Shown here piece after piece: positions 1 through 12,949 of a stretch of 64,000 nucleotides of DNA (positions are counted from its first letter, which is position 1; the number at the start of each line of letters is the position of its first letter). The DNA lies in assembly GCA_043228905.1 (NCBI GenBank), contig JBHGNT010000002.1:17670001-17734000 (forward strand). The letters are read 5' to 3'. The position numbers were made by a program, and so were the translations under genes. A model generated the notes under the pieces. The model was not told the DNA's origin. It searched no databases and saw nothing but the letters and a program-made list of their open reading frames with translations. Origin of the DNA: Azolla caroliniana (lineage: Eukaryota > Plantae > Polypodiophyta).

Positions 1-1740
1 ACGCATGTGCAAAACGTTGCGATGTGCGTGTTACACGTGTGCAGACAAGCACCGGCCTCTACCCACAAGTGGTGATGGAGGATCGAAAGGATCTTTCAAG
101 ACAATGAAGTGGAACCGTTAGTGTTTTGGACCGGAAAGACTACTGCAAGCAAGAAAGTATTAAAGATCGATTGGTAGATAGATAGATACGGACGAGAATT
201 CCAATTCCCGGTTTGAACCTTTGACTTCAAAATTGAGGGACAAGACACATTGCCAATGAGATAATTAAGATTTATTATTATTGTTATTGATTCCATACAT
301 TACTTGATTTCCTTTCCCTTCCTTTCCTTCTTATATAGATGTCCCCATGCATATGATGCATGTGAGGGTGCATGCAATGCATGATTGCCATTTGGCGCTC
401 ATGCATCACATGCGATGCATGATGACCATGTCCCTCATTCAAGGTCTCATGTATGAGCAGTGACATGTGAAAAGTACAATGAAGAAAATAAACTTTAAAG
501 AAAACAACCTAACCTAATGGTATGTCAATTGCCTCCTATCTTGGAGGTGTAAGGCTCGAAACCTTGCATCTCGTTGGATGCCACTAGGCCTTAGGCTTGT
601 TTCTTTTTATATTTTGTGTAATGAACATCTAAACACACATCACATGTTATCATGAAGAAAACCGGTCATAGGGGTAATCGGGGATCCAAGCGCATGAACC
701 AGTGCTACGCGGATCAACATTTAATTTCATTATCTTTGTACATAGTTAGGGATAGGTTGGCGTGATGTAGGCGAATTAAATTGAATAGGTTAGCAAATCG
801 ATGTGTATCTCTGTCTGAAGGGACAGAGAATAAAGATGATGTAATGGAAGTGACAACTCTCCCTCGCCTACCTATAAAAGGCGCGAGAGAAAGACTAAAA
901 GGAGGGGCATTTTCGGGAGAGGAGGAGGTGATGCCAGATTGGGAACTGAGCACCGATCTCTGTTTCTGTATGAATCCTTGTTGTAGTCTCTATTTGGTTG
1001 TAATCGATTCTTCCTAAGTGCAATCTCTGTCTATCTTTGGCATGCTACCGATTCCCTGTCTGAACCGGCAAGTGATGTGCTTGCCGGTACCCGGCGTCCG
1101 TCGTTCTTTCTCTTCCCTTTTATCTTTTCTTCTATCTTTGCACATTCCTTGGTCTAGGGCCCCCACGGTCCCGCCTTACTTTCCTACGCGCACGTGCGAT
1201 AACACGATAACGTGCATATTAGCGTGCTAACATACATGTGTAACCATCACTCCTTTCATATGTATGCACATTGCACCTTCTCGAATCTCCTCGTTCCACA
1301 CAATTTTCACACTATTGTCGAAAATCTTCAAGACAACGTTGTGAGAAGTGTTGGGGATAGTGAAGAGGAAGTGGTTGTTGATAAAGCCAGAGATAGAAAA
1401 GCTAGTCGAGGTGAGGACGAAGTGGCGGTGAGGACAATCTAGCCCAAGTCAACTTCAACATTATGTGCTTCACACATTGACATAAAGTAATAGGTTCTAG
1501 CTCTCATTATATACTATGGGATCCAATGTTGTCCTATCTATGTGGGCTATCTCATAGTTTGTTTTCCCAATCTTCTCAAACTTCACACTCACATAACTTG
1601 ATACTTGTTTATCGGTTTCATGTGTCGTAAAATGCGTTATGAAGCTCTTGAAGACATCAATCTTAAGTACTAAGAATTTAAACTAACCTAAAACAATTAC
1701 CTCATTACTTTTCTTATTGTATGTAAAAAATCACACGACA
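1..1740 (-). repeat. LTR/LTR-like region; the right part is the 3' LTR of the minus-strand Gypsy at 1741-8635 (left boundary outside or unclear)
   Basis: Ends ...cacacgaca at 1740, followed by PPT-like ttcaccctcaccaaac; the minus-strand start tgtcgtgtga resembles the LTR start at 47347/54497. Confidence 0.5.
648..1209 (+). mobile_element. Solo LTR of the family seen at 3718-4168
   Basis: Starts tatcatgaagaaaaccgg (cf. tgtcgtgaagaaaaccgg at 3718); ends ...gcgataacacgata (cf. gcgtaacaacgcgaca); flanks atgt/acgt fit a decayed 4-bp TSD. Confidence 0.65.
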
Positions 1741-3717
1741 TTCACCCTCACCAAACTTGCACATCCACCGGTATGTGCCAATTGTTGTGAGGTTCCTCTT
1801 TTGATTACATTTTTTCAACCTCGATGGTCGAGGCTACATCGTTGAGAGCCTCCCTTCAAGATGCTTCGATGATTTGGGGCCTCTCTTCTCCTTCTTCCGA
1901 ATTTGGTGGAATTCTTCTGTCGTCCATGATTAATCTTTTTGAAGAGAACTCAAGTATTTCCCGATCTCCACGAATTCACCTTCGTAGTCCTCTTCTATGA
2001 AAGTAGACAACACCCAAGTGTAGGAACTTGTAAAGAAATCCAAGCCAACATCCTCTTCATCAGAATGTCTATCTTCTTCTCCGTCGTATCTTGCTCATGA
2101 TAGCATGTCTGCAACGACATTACGCTTCCCAGCTACATGACGGATCTCCGGGTTGAGTGATTTGATATATGCAGTCCAATGTAGCATGGCAATATCTGGT
2201 GTACTACAACCAGATATCATACCCAAGATTGGTAGGCAATCTGTCTCGATTATGACTTTTGCTCCAATAAGGTAGTCACGATGAGACTTGATCGCCAATA
2301 CGATTCCCCATAGCTCCCTCTTCACTTGGGCATACCTTCTTTGCCTATGACTTAACAATTTCGCACCAAACCGAATTGCATATCGGTTGCAATCTTCGTC
2401 TTCTTGGTTGATAACCCATCCAATTCCGGTCGGACTAGTATCCACGGTCACGAAAATGGGCTTGCCATTTGAATAGTCTGCCTTCTATAATGCAACTGTC
2501 TCCATCAATAATTTCTTCAGCCTTCGGATGGCAAAAGTATGCTCGCTCGTCCATTCGAACCTCCGCTTCTTCTTTAGTAGACCGTATAATGGCTCAGCAA
2601 TGTGGGAGTAGTGTGGAATCCAAATATGATAAAACGCGCATGCTCCAAGGAACCTTCAAACGTTCGTTTGGGTTAAACATTCTTCTTTCAAGTCTTGGAT
2701 CGCATTCACCTTGTATGGTGAAGAATTCCGACCGTATGCTCCAGAAAAGTGACCTACCACCAAGATCTCCGGTTGCCCGAATGCGGATTTTTCTCCCGAA
2801 AATGTCAAATTCGCATCTTTGAGCGTTTTGAGCACCTTCTCACAATCTTTCATTATCCTTCGATTCATCCTTACCCTCATTCAAACATCCTTTTATCGGA
2901 ATGTCATCCAAGAAGTGCATCGTGATGCCCGAGATGCAATCCTTCAAGACCTTGTTCATGGCATTCACCATATGAGCCACCGAGCTCGTTGAACCTTGAG
3001 CTAAGATCGACTGTCGACCGCCAACTGGAATTGATCATATTCAGAGTAGAGATCGCCAATGGAGTAGATGGACCGGCCCGCAAACGCTTCGGCAAATTCA
3101 TCCACACTCGGACCGATTCCAGAATTGTAACATTGTTGACGGGTTGAAGATTTGGATGAATCGCAACGATCCAGTCTTCTTCGGCACCGTAAACCACCTA
3201 TTAGAATAAGGAGCATTCAACGGTTCCAGAATTCCCATATTCACCTTCTCGTTTCAGAGCTCGATCAGCTTCCGTAGGTGTGCTCTTAGAACCGGTATTA
3301 GTTTCAAATTCCAAGGCACATACGGCACTGTGAAGATCATAATCAGTTCTACCGTCCTTGGATTAGCACATCCGATTTCCTGTGGGAAAAATGCGAAAGC
3401 CTTCCCATGTCTTTCAAGCATTCCGTCGAACATTTGGTCCTCTTCAGGGAGGAGGAAATCCTCCCTTTGAACTCGTAGCTTTCCTTTCGTCTCTTCAGTG
3501 AAGACGTGAACTATTGTCTTCAGGTTCCTTAAGCTTGGATCTTTTGCAACTTCCTTCATCTTTTGGCATGTATCTTCCTGTAGCGGAACTGCAACTGGCT
3601 TGATCTTCCTATCCACCGTTTTATATTTTGTATTGACTTCAACTTCCTCCTTCAAGATGCTTCGATGATACTCATTGATGATAGCGTACATGTTCATGGA
3701 GTTAACCGAAATCACGT

Positions 3718-5788
3718 TGTCGTGAAGAAAACCGGCCATAGGCGGATTCGGGAAAAAAGGCGCATGAACCGGCTCTTACACGGATGGACGCATGAATTGA
3801 TATTTTGATATTGATTCATAAATGGATCAACTGATGTAAATACTAAGTAGTGCACATTTATTAGGGGGGATTGTGCGTATCTTTGTCAAAAGGGACAGGG
3901 AATAAAGAGATTTAACTAGGGAAAGGGGAACCCCTTTTTGTTCCGTCTGTGTGCGTGAGTAGGGTCCCCGTGTCGGGCCCATCGCCGCCTTGCCGGTTGT
4001 AACCTTCGGAGTTTGTAATCTCTTCTTATTGTAATCAAGTGTTCCGTTCTATATCTCTCCTTCTCGCTTCTGCGTGTCTGTGAATCTCTCTCTCTCTCTC
4101 TCTCGCTCCTCGGTCCAAGACCCCCGTGGTCCCGCCCCTTCTACACGCACGCGCGTAACAACGCGACATCTTTGGTGAACCCAATGTGAACGGGTGGAAA
4201 AGGAGTCGAAAGATGAGGGGATCGGAGCTAGCAGAGGCAATGGCGGTAGCCGTCGACTGGCTGGTAAGCGCTCGTGAGGGGACAGGTACCCTCGACAGAG
4301 CCATTGAATCGATCGTCGGCTCTAGAGGCCAGTTCGGAGGGAAAGACGCCACCAGTTATTTGGAGGCTTACCGGGCCGAAATGATCATGAGGGATATACC
4401 GGTGGACAGGCGGCTGTCGGGATTCCCTCGGGTGGTGACGCCGGGCATCCACACGGAGGTGCTCGAGGTGATGGCCAGATGCTAGACTTGGGAGGAGTTC
4501 AAGCTACAGCTCCTCGAGAAGTACGGGTTTGATGACTCGCTTCGGTTGTCGAGGTGGAACTTCATGGCGTGGGTGGAAAAGGGAGGAACACATCGGTGCT
4601 CCTCCAGGAGTTCGAAAAACGGTTCGCGCGACTGTCAACGCTAGACCGGACGGTGCTCGAAACGAGTCGAGTACTATTGTTTGTCAAGTCGGTGGACGCG
4701 CTCGACAGGGAAAAGGTGGGTCCCCTATTGGAAATGAACGAAGGGTTCACAGCAGACTGGGCCATGGTAAAACGGGTCTGCAGCCGTTTCGACAAACAAC
4801 GCGATTGGAGCGACGGAAGCTCGTCGGGGTCAGGGCCGGTCCCGGGGAGGAGGCTCGAGGAGCCAGTATCGGTGCCAGCCGGTAGGAAGGAAGAGACCCG
4901 AATCTGGCCAGAGTCGGGGTCGGCATCGAAGGACATGGTCAGAGGCCCATCCGGAGGAGCGGCTCTGGAGGAGTTGACACAGATGGTGTGCGACCTGTAG
5001 ATCGCATAGGCCCGGAGAGACAACGGCGAACAACCTCGCGACTGGAGGCCGCCGGCTGGGCAGCGGTGCATGTGGTGTGACGTGATCGGTCACATTCGGA
5101 AGGATTGCGCGGATTTCGTTGACGCGCTCAGGACCAACGTGGTGTACCTCTGGAACGGGCGGGTGCACGCGAGCAAGACCCAGAGAGCCCTAGAACTAAA
5201 TATGGGGTGCGGCGGAATGAAGAGGTTGATGGAAGAGGCCGCGACGCGGCACGTTGAAGCTGTTAACTACTCAGTGTCGGCGGGAATTCGGGTCAGGGAT
5301 GATGAGACCCGGAAGGCGAAGGACTCCGGATTCTGTCCGCTAGTGCTAGAAGGCCTCTCCGAAGGAAGAGGCGGATCGTGCGTTAAGGAGAACGAAGTGT
5401 TGCAGGACCGAGGGCCGAACTCTCTCTCCTCCTCCGACCGTCATTCTCTGTGGGTGCGGGGAGTTCGACGCCTCTACTTCGTGGGTAGCCCGTGCGCTGC
5501 CAACAAAGGCTTTTTTTTTCTTTTGTGTTTCTCTGGGTCCAGTGTGTTCCATCTGTGTGTGTGAGTAGGGTCCCTGTGTCGGGCCCATCGCCACCTTACC
5601 GGTTGTAACCGTTGGAGTTTGTAATATCTTGTTATTGTAATCAAGTGTTCCGTTCTATATCTCTCCTTCTCGCTTCTGCATGTTTGTGAATCTCTCGCTG
5701 TCTCTCTCCCTCTCTCTCTCTCTCGTTCCTCGGTTCACGACCCTCGTGGTCCCGCCCCTTCTACACGCATGCGCGTAACAACGCGACA
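3718..5788 (+). mobile_element. Internally deleted Gypsy element (5' LTR 3718-4168, tRNA-Trp-type PBS at 4173, gag remnant ~4213-5360, partial 3' LTR)
   Basis: TG...CA ends; ACGT TSD at 3714-3717 and 5789-5792; PBS tggtgaacccaatgtgaa; zinc knuckle CMWCDVIGHIRKDC; LTR 3' parts repeated (~3945-4168 vs ~5555-5788). Confidence 0.88.
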
Positions 5789-5946
5789 ACGTGTTGATCG
5801 TGAAGATAACTCAAGTCCACAACTTCCTCGATTTCGCCGATGGTGTTGTTAAATGAGGTTTTCTCCAGAATATGAGACACGAATTCTTCTTCTTCGATTA
5901 TGCTTTCTTCTTTCAGCGCCTTCTCAAAGTCTTGCATCCAATGCTT

Positions 5947-6505
5947 TGTAGAGAATAGCACAGAATATTGCTCGGCCACAACCGAGTCTTGAATCACTTC
6001 TATGAGAATGAAACATAGAAATTGGAAATGGAGAGTACACAAGGAAATACACAAGATGTTTACGTGGAAAACCCTAATAGGGAAAAACCACAGGATCCCA
6101 CAGACTCCAAACTATCAGTATATGAGAAAGGTACATTCAGAGCCTCAGAGGCAACGACCTTGAGCTCTGTATCTTCACCAACTGGCGGTTACAATAGAGT
6201 ATCACTTTGTATCTCACACACTCTCTCTCTCTGTCGCTCTTTGTACAATAGTTACAACAGTATGACAACAACTATATGCACACACTCTACTAAGTGATAG
6301 CCCTAAGTCATATTTATACTTATATGAACTTAGGGCTATTTATAGATATAGCCTCAATAGGCTTAATCAAAACATATTTACAAGTATGTCCTCTCTTCCG
6401 GTTCTCACCGGGTCCATCCAATCCAGCTTCCGGATCTCTTCCGGTTCTTACTGGGTCCTCTTCATTCATCATCAGATCCCATCCGGAGGGGCCGATTTCC
6501 CAACA
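5947..6505. mobile_element. Solo LTR (Copia-like)
   Basis: TGTAG...CAACA ends with 5-bp TSD TGCTT (5942-5946 and 6506-6510); removing it restores the host Gypsy sequence. Confidence 0.85.
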
Positions 6506-8635
6506 TGCTTGTCCTTGTTGAGTAGTGTTAGTTTACATGCGCTGCTACGTGTGAAGCATGTTGCTTCTCCTTGGCATCCACGTATTCTGCGTCCTAGTGG
6601 GGACTTATGACTGCTTGGACTATTTATGCCCCACGATTCAATATTCCTCTCTAAAAATCGGAGGATTCTCCTCCAAGGCTATTTCGGTTCCTTTCATGAT
6701 TAGCTCGCACCGTCAGGAATTGCACAGATCTTTGACTGTCAAGGCTCTTGACTCGTGCGAAGGCTGCCCCATTGTCAAACACGCTGGTGTCGATCTGGGA
6801 CGATGTGAAATACGGTTGTCCTAGGATGACAGGATGCGAAGCCGAGTCTTGCACGAAAAAGTGTTGATCCATCTCCACATCCCCGATTGTGACTTTAACA
6901 TTGGGGCAAGCTCCGTACAAGTCCTCTATGACCTTCGTTGCCACTCGAATCTTCCATCCGTGTTTTGTATTAATCAACCATCTTCCTTTCTTGTACAACT
7001 CGGTCGACATGAGATTGATCTCCGAACCATGGTCAATCAAGGCTACCACGGTTTCTTTCTTCTCCCCGATCTTCACCGGCGTCTCCGTTGTCACTCTTGC
7101 CCAATGAGCCCAAGAGTAATGGATGTCCACCGTCACTTCTTCTTCCTCCTCCTCTTTTGATCTTGCCATGGTTATGGCACTTGTTTTCACCTCCTCTTCA
7201 TCCGATTGTTGCCGCTCGCGCTTAATAAGGTCCATGATAGTATCATGGAACTCCTTCTTAGCGATCCCAAGAAGTTCTCTCAAAGTAAGGTCGACATGAC
7301 TGTCTAAAACCTTCTCTTCAAGGACCTTCCACAAGTAAGTTGTTTGTTCTATGTCCGACCTTAGCTTGTAAGTCGGTGCCACTCGTTCTTTTCCTTTCTT
7401 CACAGATTCATCAACTTCCATCTGAGAAGGTTGGGTCGATCCACACGGCTTCATGCTTGTTTCTCCTATCTCTTTTCGTGGCGTAGGTTGGGTTTTCCCT
7501 TCTTTCCCTGCGTTCCTTGTATTGTGACGCTTTGATTTGTCATCTTCTTCACCAATTCTTTTCCTCTTCTCTTCGACAGGAGCTTCATAGTTGTCACACA
7601 CAACCTCCGCAAAACTTGTGTTATCGCCGACTGGACCCGACCATCAGGTAACTCGTCGCACATTTTGATTAGCAAGTTCTAGATCCTCCAAATTGATTTT
7701 TCCTTTCCTTTTGCACTCGAAGACTATTGGCCAAAACCCAGCTCCCGGCTTGATCTTCCTTAGATTCTCTCTTCCAACTCATATACTGGCTGATGCGGCG
7801 TAGTGCATAGCTTCCACATGCCTTGCGTCTTCTTCTTCCACGATCTTTTTCAACCCGCCTCTTCCAAAGTTCACTTGTAGTGGTCGGGTCTCACTCGAAT
7901 GAATCATGTTGCCATCCAAATAGGTGACATTCTTACGAATCGCGTCTTGCAAGTCAATGCACTCCCTTTGCAAGTGCTTGAAGCTGTCGCCCCACACACA
8001 TCTATACACTTCTGTTCCCTTCGGCCCGCGTCGACTTAAATTGGCCACCGATACCGCTTCAAACTTCTTGGAGAGCTCTTCAATTATAGATTCCTCCATC
8101 GCTTTCTTGTCGAAATTGTTGATCGGCTTGTTAGGCTCGACCGTCACAGGTGCCTTCCTCCTCTATGATTGTGGATTGTCCATATCAGTTCCTCTTGCCA
8201 TTGTCGACGCTTATCAAGACGGCTGCGAGCCTTCTTCACCGCTGCCCAGTCCACTACCAAACCATTTGGTTGCGTTTTGTCCTCCAAAAATCTGCCCAAT
8301 TCTCATTGGTCTTTCATATCCACTGCCTTCAGGAATAGCAGAACTTTATCTCCATTGAGAACTCGGTTGTACTTCTGGTCGAATTCCGCATATACTCCCG
8401 ACACACACAGATTCCTCCCTTTCTTGTCGATTCAAATCATTAGCGTATGTCGAGTCATCCATGATGTGTCTTCAAGCATGTATTCTGCGAGAAGCGCCTT
8501 TTCGAACTCCGCCCATTTTGCGTGCTCATTTTGGATCTCTATGACACGCTCGCGGATTCCTGGTTCCACCACACGCTTGAAACTAGAAATTTGTTTCAAA
8601 TCATGGCCATCCCTCAGTTGCATCTCGTTCCGATA

Positions 8636-10370
8636 TGTTGAGATACAAGCTCAACATTGGCCGGATCGGCTGTGCAAGCCGAGAACCGGATCAGTTCGGA
8701 CCGATCGGTTAGGCCGGACCGGTGCGCAAACCGGTGTGCTCTCTGTCTCTCCTGCGTACTGTGTATGTCTGATCTCTCCATTAAATCTGTGTTTTCTCTT
8801 ATGTTTGGTTTTCTGTTGCTTCCGCACGTTGTTATTTTTACATGGTATCAGAGCGCGAGGGTTGAGAACCTCTGCAACCGACCTTAGCTCGAGAAGAAAA
8901 CCTAACCTTAGAAAAGAACAGGAAAAACAGAATAGATAGAGGCATGGCTAGCTCGCTTCCGACCGAGAAGCTCGACAGAAACAACTATGCGTCTTGGTCA
9001 TACAAGATGCACTATTACCTACTCGGGATGGATATTGGAGCTATGTCGACAGAGCAAATGATACAACACCTAATTTGACACAAAGAGACTTCCCAGCTTT
9101 GTGTCTTGTGTTGGTGGCTGATTACACCTCGAAGATCAAAGATATATGTGACTCCTTAGCCTCCATCGATGTGAATGTTGAGGAAGGAAAAATGGTGCAG
9201 ATTTGTCTCGGGGGACTGGCGTCGAAGTTCGGAGCGTTCCAAACTATTGTGTGCACACGGGAGAATACGTCGTCGTTTTTCGACCTATAGTCGATGCTCC
9301 TTATAGAGGAGAACCACGCGGGTGCGTCGACGAGTACACACGCCGATAACAAGATGTTGTACATGGAGGGAGATAGGCCCCGTGGTCGTGGCGGATGAGG
9401 CGAGTCGGTGCGCAATGGAGGCGGCTGATGGGATCAAGGAAGAAGGCACTGAAGTGATGCCGACAACAATTCTTGACCCTCCAGAAACAGGGGGAGTTGA
9501 GGTGACGAGAACCGGCAAGGGAAATCCGTCGCGGAATGCTGGTACTGTGGCAAGAAAGGCCACAAGGAGAGAGAATGTTGGAAGAAGCACGCCGATTCGG
9601 AGAAAAATGGATCCGGATCCGGATAAACCGATAAAGGAAATCCGCAACGATCGCACTACACCGAAGGATCCGAAAATGTCGGAAAGGGGGCAGCCTTCGT
9701 GATGAGACACGAAACAAACTCGATGAAGAAGACCACCCCAAAATCGGACGAGGTGTGGAATGTTGACTCCAGCGTGTCAAACCACATGACGAGCCATAAG
9801 GAGTGGTTCTTATACCTTGAGAAACTGATGCAACCGGGAGTATTCGCAACAGGAGATGACACTCTACATCTGATCGAGAATGTCGGTGAAGTTCCCCTAA
9901 GCCATGTCGGGCAAAAAGGGAAACTCATGAACGTGCTACACATCCCGACAATCACGAAGAATCTGGTGTTGGTCGGGCAGATCGTTGACCAGGGGATGCA
10001 AGTCCGGTTCACACATCTTGGGTGCTTCATCGAGGAGGAAAGCCAAGTTATTGCGCAAGGGCGCAAAGATGGGATGATGTTTATCCTCGACACCAATGAC
10101 GTTGGCATCGCAATGTTCACAAAAGGACAAAAAGTCGAGTCGGATATCAACTTGTGGCACAAGCAGATAGGCCACGTCAACTATCAAAGGCTACAAGACT
10201 TGCAACTAAAACAAGTTGTGTTCGGATTGCCCAAATTTAGTGGCCGGAAGGCCCAAATTTGTGAAGCCTGCCAACTAGGGAAGCAACACCGACTTCCTTT
10301 CCCCAACGAGCGTAACCGGAGCCGGAACAAGCTCGACTTGATACATTCGGATGTATGGGGGCTGGCACAG
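8636..10370 (+). mobile_element. 5' half of a Ty1/Copia element (LTR 8636-8842, PBS-Met, gag, protease, GAG-pre-integrase, start of integrase), decayed
   Basis: PBS tggtatcagagc at 8843-8854; WNVDSSVSNHMT protease; LWHKQIGH and CEACQLGKQ HHCC motifs; LIHSDVWG. Confidence 0.88.
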
Positions 10371-11676
10371 CTCGGGCCGGAGTGGAAGCTCCCCCTCCTT
10401 GCGAAGGTTCCTCGTTGGCCTCCGTTTTGCGGCCGAAATTGGGAGTTGTTGTCGTAGGTCGGACCTCGTCCACCTTGTCCTTGGCCGAATCGGCCTCTCA
10501 CTCGTCCGCATCCTCTTCCTCCATTAGAGTGCGTGTAGATCATGTGTCCTTCCGACTTATTGCTCCTTGTACGCACGTGGTTTTCTTCGACCAATAGCAT
10601 TGATTGGAGCTCGAAGAAGGAGGGAGATTTCTCCCGTGCTAGAACGGTGGTTCGCATCGCGCCGAACCGTGGTGCAAGGCCGCCGAGGCATATTGGCACC
10701 ATCTCATCATCATCTATACTTACGCATATTGAGCCGAGCAAGTCGCAAAGCTCCTTGATCTTCAAGGTGTATGTCGTGATGGACATGTCCCTTTGTTGAA
10801 TGTTGTTCAACTCTTGGCGGAGTTGAAGCTTCCTCTCGGTCGTGTTGGCGGCGAAAATCTTTCGTAGATTTTTCCACGCTTCCTTTGGTGTCTTGGCTTC
10901 TCGAATGTAACCGAGCATGTGGTCGTCAACACATGTCGCCAAACAATACGCGGCTTGCGGCTTGCTCCCGTGTCGCGTATTCGGGAGCCGCTTCGGCGGG
11001 TCAGTCTTCATGCGCTCCTTTGATGTAGCTCCAAAAGCCTTGTCCAACAAGGTATTGGTGCATCTTGTACTCCCAAGACGCGAAGTTGTTTCGATCCAAC
11101 TTCTCGGTAGGGAGAGCGCTCCCCATTTGAGTATTCATTATGTTGATTCTTCTTCTTCTTCTTCTCTCTTCGAATGCGAGCTATGTAGTGAAGCTACGAT
11201 ATCTGTGAGTTGGTTCTTGGTCGTCGGCGTATAGCACAACACACGATCACGATGAGGCGAATGGGCTAGATTGAGCTACCAAATCGCTCTGATACCATGT
11301 AAAGAATCAAGAGATGGATTCTTGTGAAGCGGAAGATATGTGAGTTATGTGTGTGTGTAAGAGAGAGAGAGAGAGAGAGAAACACAGAGAATACGCAAGG
11401 TAAAAGTATATTGACAAAGGAGAAAGACTCAACACTATACAAGGTGGGAGGAGGGTGCTTTATGTAGTCACCCTCTCTCTTCATTAACTACAAGGCTCAT
11501 GGAGCATGGGGAATGTGAAAGCTCATAAGTTATGTGTCATAGAATATGATTCTATGACTCATACTAAATGCTAGAATACAAAGAGGTGACTTAATGGTGA
11601 CTCTTGACCGTTGGAGTGTCTATTCATTCTCAAGGTGAGTTCACACACTAGACCAAGTTGAGCTTGATTCTCAACA
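10370..11676 (-). mobile_element. 5' part of a related Ty1/Copia element in inverted orientation (LTR 11298-11676, PBS-Met, gag)
   Basis: gctctgatacca at 11286-11297; Copia gag (AKTPKEAWKNLRKIF, ICLGGLAPRFGA) in ORF 10184-11050; LTR terminus tgttgagaatcaagctcaac resembles 8636. Confidence 0.85.
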
Positions 11677-12949
11677 ATTTGTAAGAACAAAGACTCGAAA
11701 TCTACACCTCTCTACATATACTTATAATTCTTAACCACTAAGCTACTACAAGTTACTTATTATTATTATTATTTATTTATTTATACACTACTTCATGAGA
11801 TGTGCGTGGAACCTCGGTTTTTCGCACACTGCACACGCTACACCATGACATCCACCCCCACGAAACCGCACATCCTGTGACATGTGCTAGAGAAAAGTGA
11901 TGTGGTGAGGTCAAAGGTTGTCAACCGTTGTTTTCTTTCCTTCTTTGCATCTTGCCCACGCGAAATCAACCATGAGCTTCGACATAATCCCTTCTTCATC
12001 CGCCTTTGTCCTCCCCTATCTCTCTTTCACGTTGGGTTCACCAATGTCGCAATATTTCACGTGCGCGTGTCGCTTGAACGGGACCACTGGGGCCTTGGAC
12101 CGGGGAGACAAAAGTAGTGAGGAAGTGGGAGATTAAGACAAAGACATGGGGAAATATACATAAGTTTTGATATATAATTAGGGTTTTTGTTTTTATGTTT
12201 TACAATTGTTAGGCTTGACACCACGATTTTGGTGGTTATTACAATAATTGGTTATAAATCAACCAAAGGGGCTAAAATAAACCAGCGAAGGAGAGTCTAG
12301 TGGGCTCCGAGTCTGACTACTTCCAACGGCTATGTTGCCTCGATTCGGAGTAGCTCCCGTGCCACTACAACCTCCCTTACGCCACCGGTTACCGAGTTGA
12401 CTACCACCGAGATGCCGAAGAAACCATTCTTTAAGAAATCCAAACCCTAAAATATCCCGAGTAAGAAGTAGAATAATAGAAGTAAACTAACAAACCCTAA
12501 AATTCCAAGTTCTCTAATATGATGAGGAGGTAGAAGAAGCTTTGAAACCCCAAGTCTAGAAGGAAAAGAAGCAGGAGAACGGGAGGCTACAAAACCCTAA
12601 CTCAAGAAGAAGAGGAGAAGAAGATGAAAACCTAGTGGTACACCCCTAAGGCAAAATGGGCAACCCCCAAATAAGCCCTACCCTCCTCTCTTATAGAGGA
12701 AAGAGGAGCTTATTTTAACATTACATGCTTTTTTATTTTATTTCCTTTATCACAAAAATGGAAGGGGAGCCAAATACTCCTTGATTTCTAGGAAAAGAGA
12801 CTCAAACTCTACACCACTCTACATATACTTATCAGTTTTAACCACTAATCTACTACAAGTTACTTATTATTATTATTTATTATACATTATTTCATGAGGT
12901 GTGCGTGGAACCTCACTTTTTCTCAAATTGCACACGCTACACCACGACA
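11677..12949 (-). mobile_element. Non-coding TRIM-like LTR element: 5' LTR 12045-12949, PBS-Trp 12026-12043, ~195-bp internal region, PPT 11851-11867, truncated 3' LTR 11677-11850
   Basis: Direct repeat ~11690-11850 vs ~12795-12949 ending in -gaca; ttcacgttgggttcacca next to a tgtcgc LTR end. Confidence 0.75.

Larger units (their letters stand above)
1741..8635 (-). pseudogene. Decayed Ty3/Gypsy gag-protease-RT-RNaseH (integrase largely deleted), same family as 47347-55753
   Basis: ORF fragments 7779-8147, 6651-7601 (ALIDHGSEINL protease), 3254-3739, 3001-3216 and 2095-2451 (TVDTSPTGIGW RNaseH) closely match the 48927-53164 proteins; interrupted by two insertions. Confidence 0.9.
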
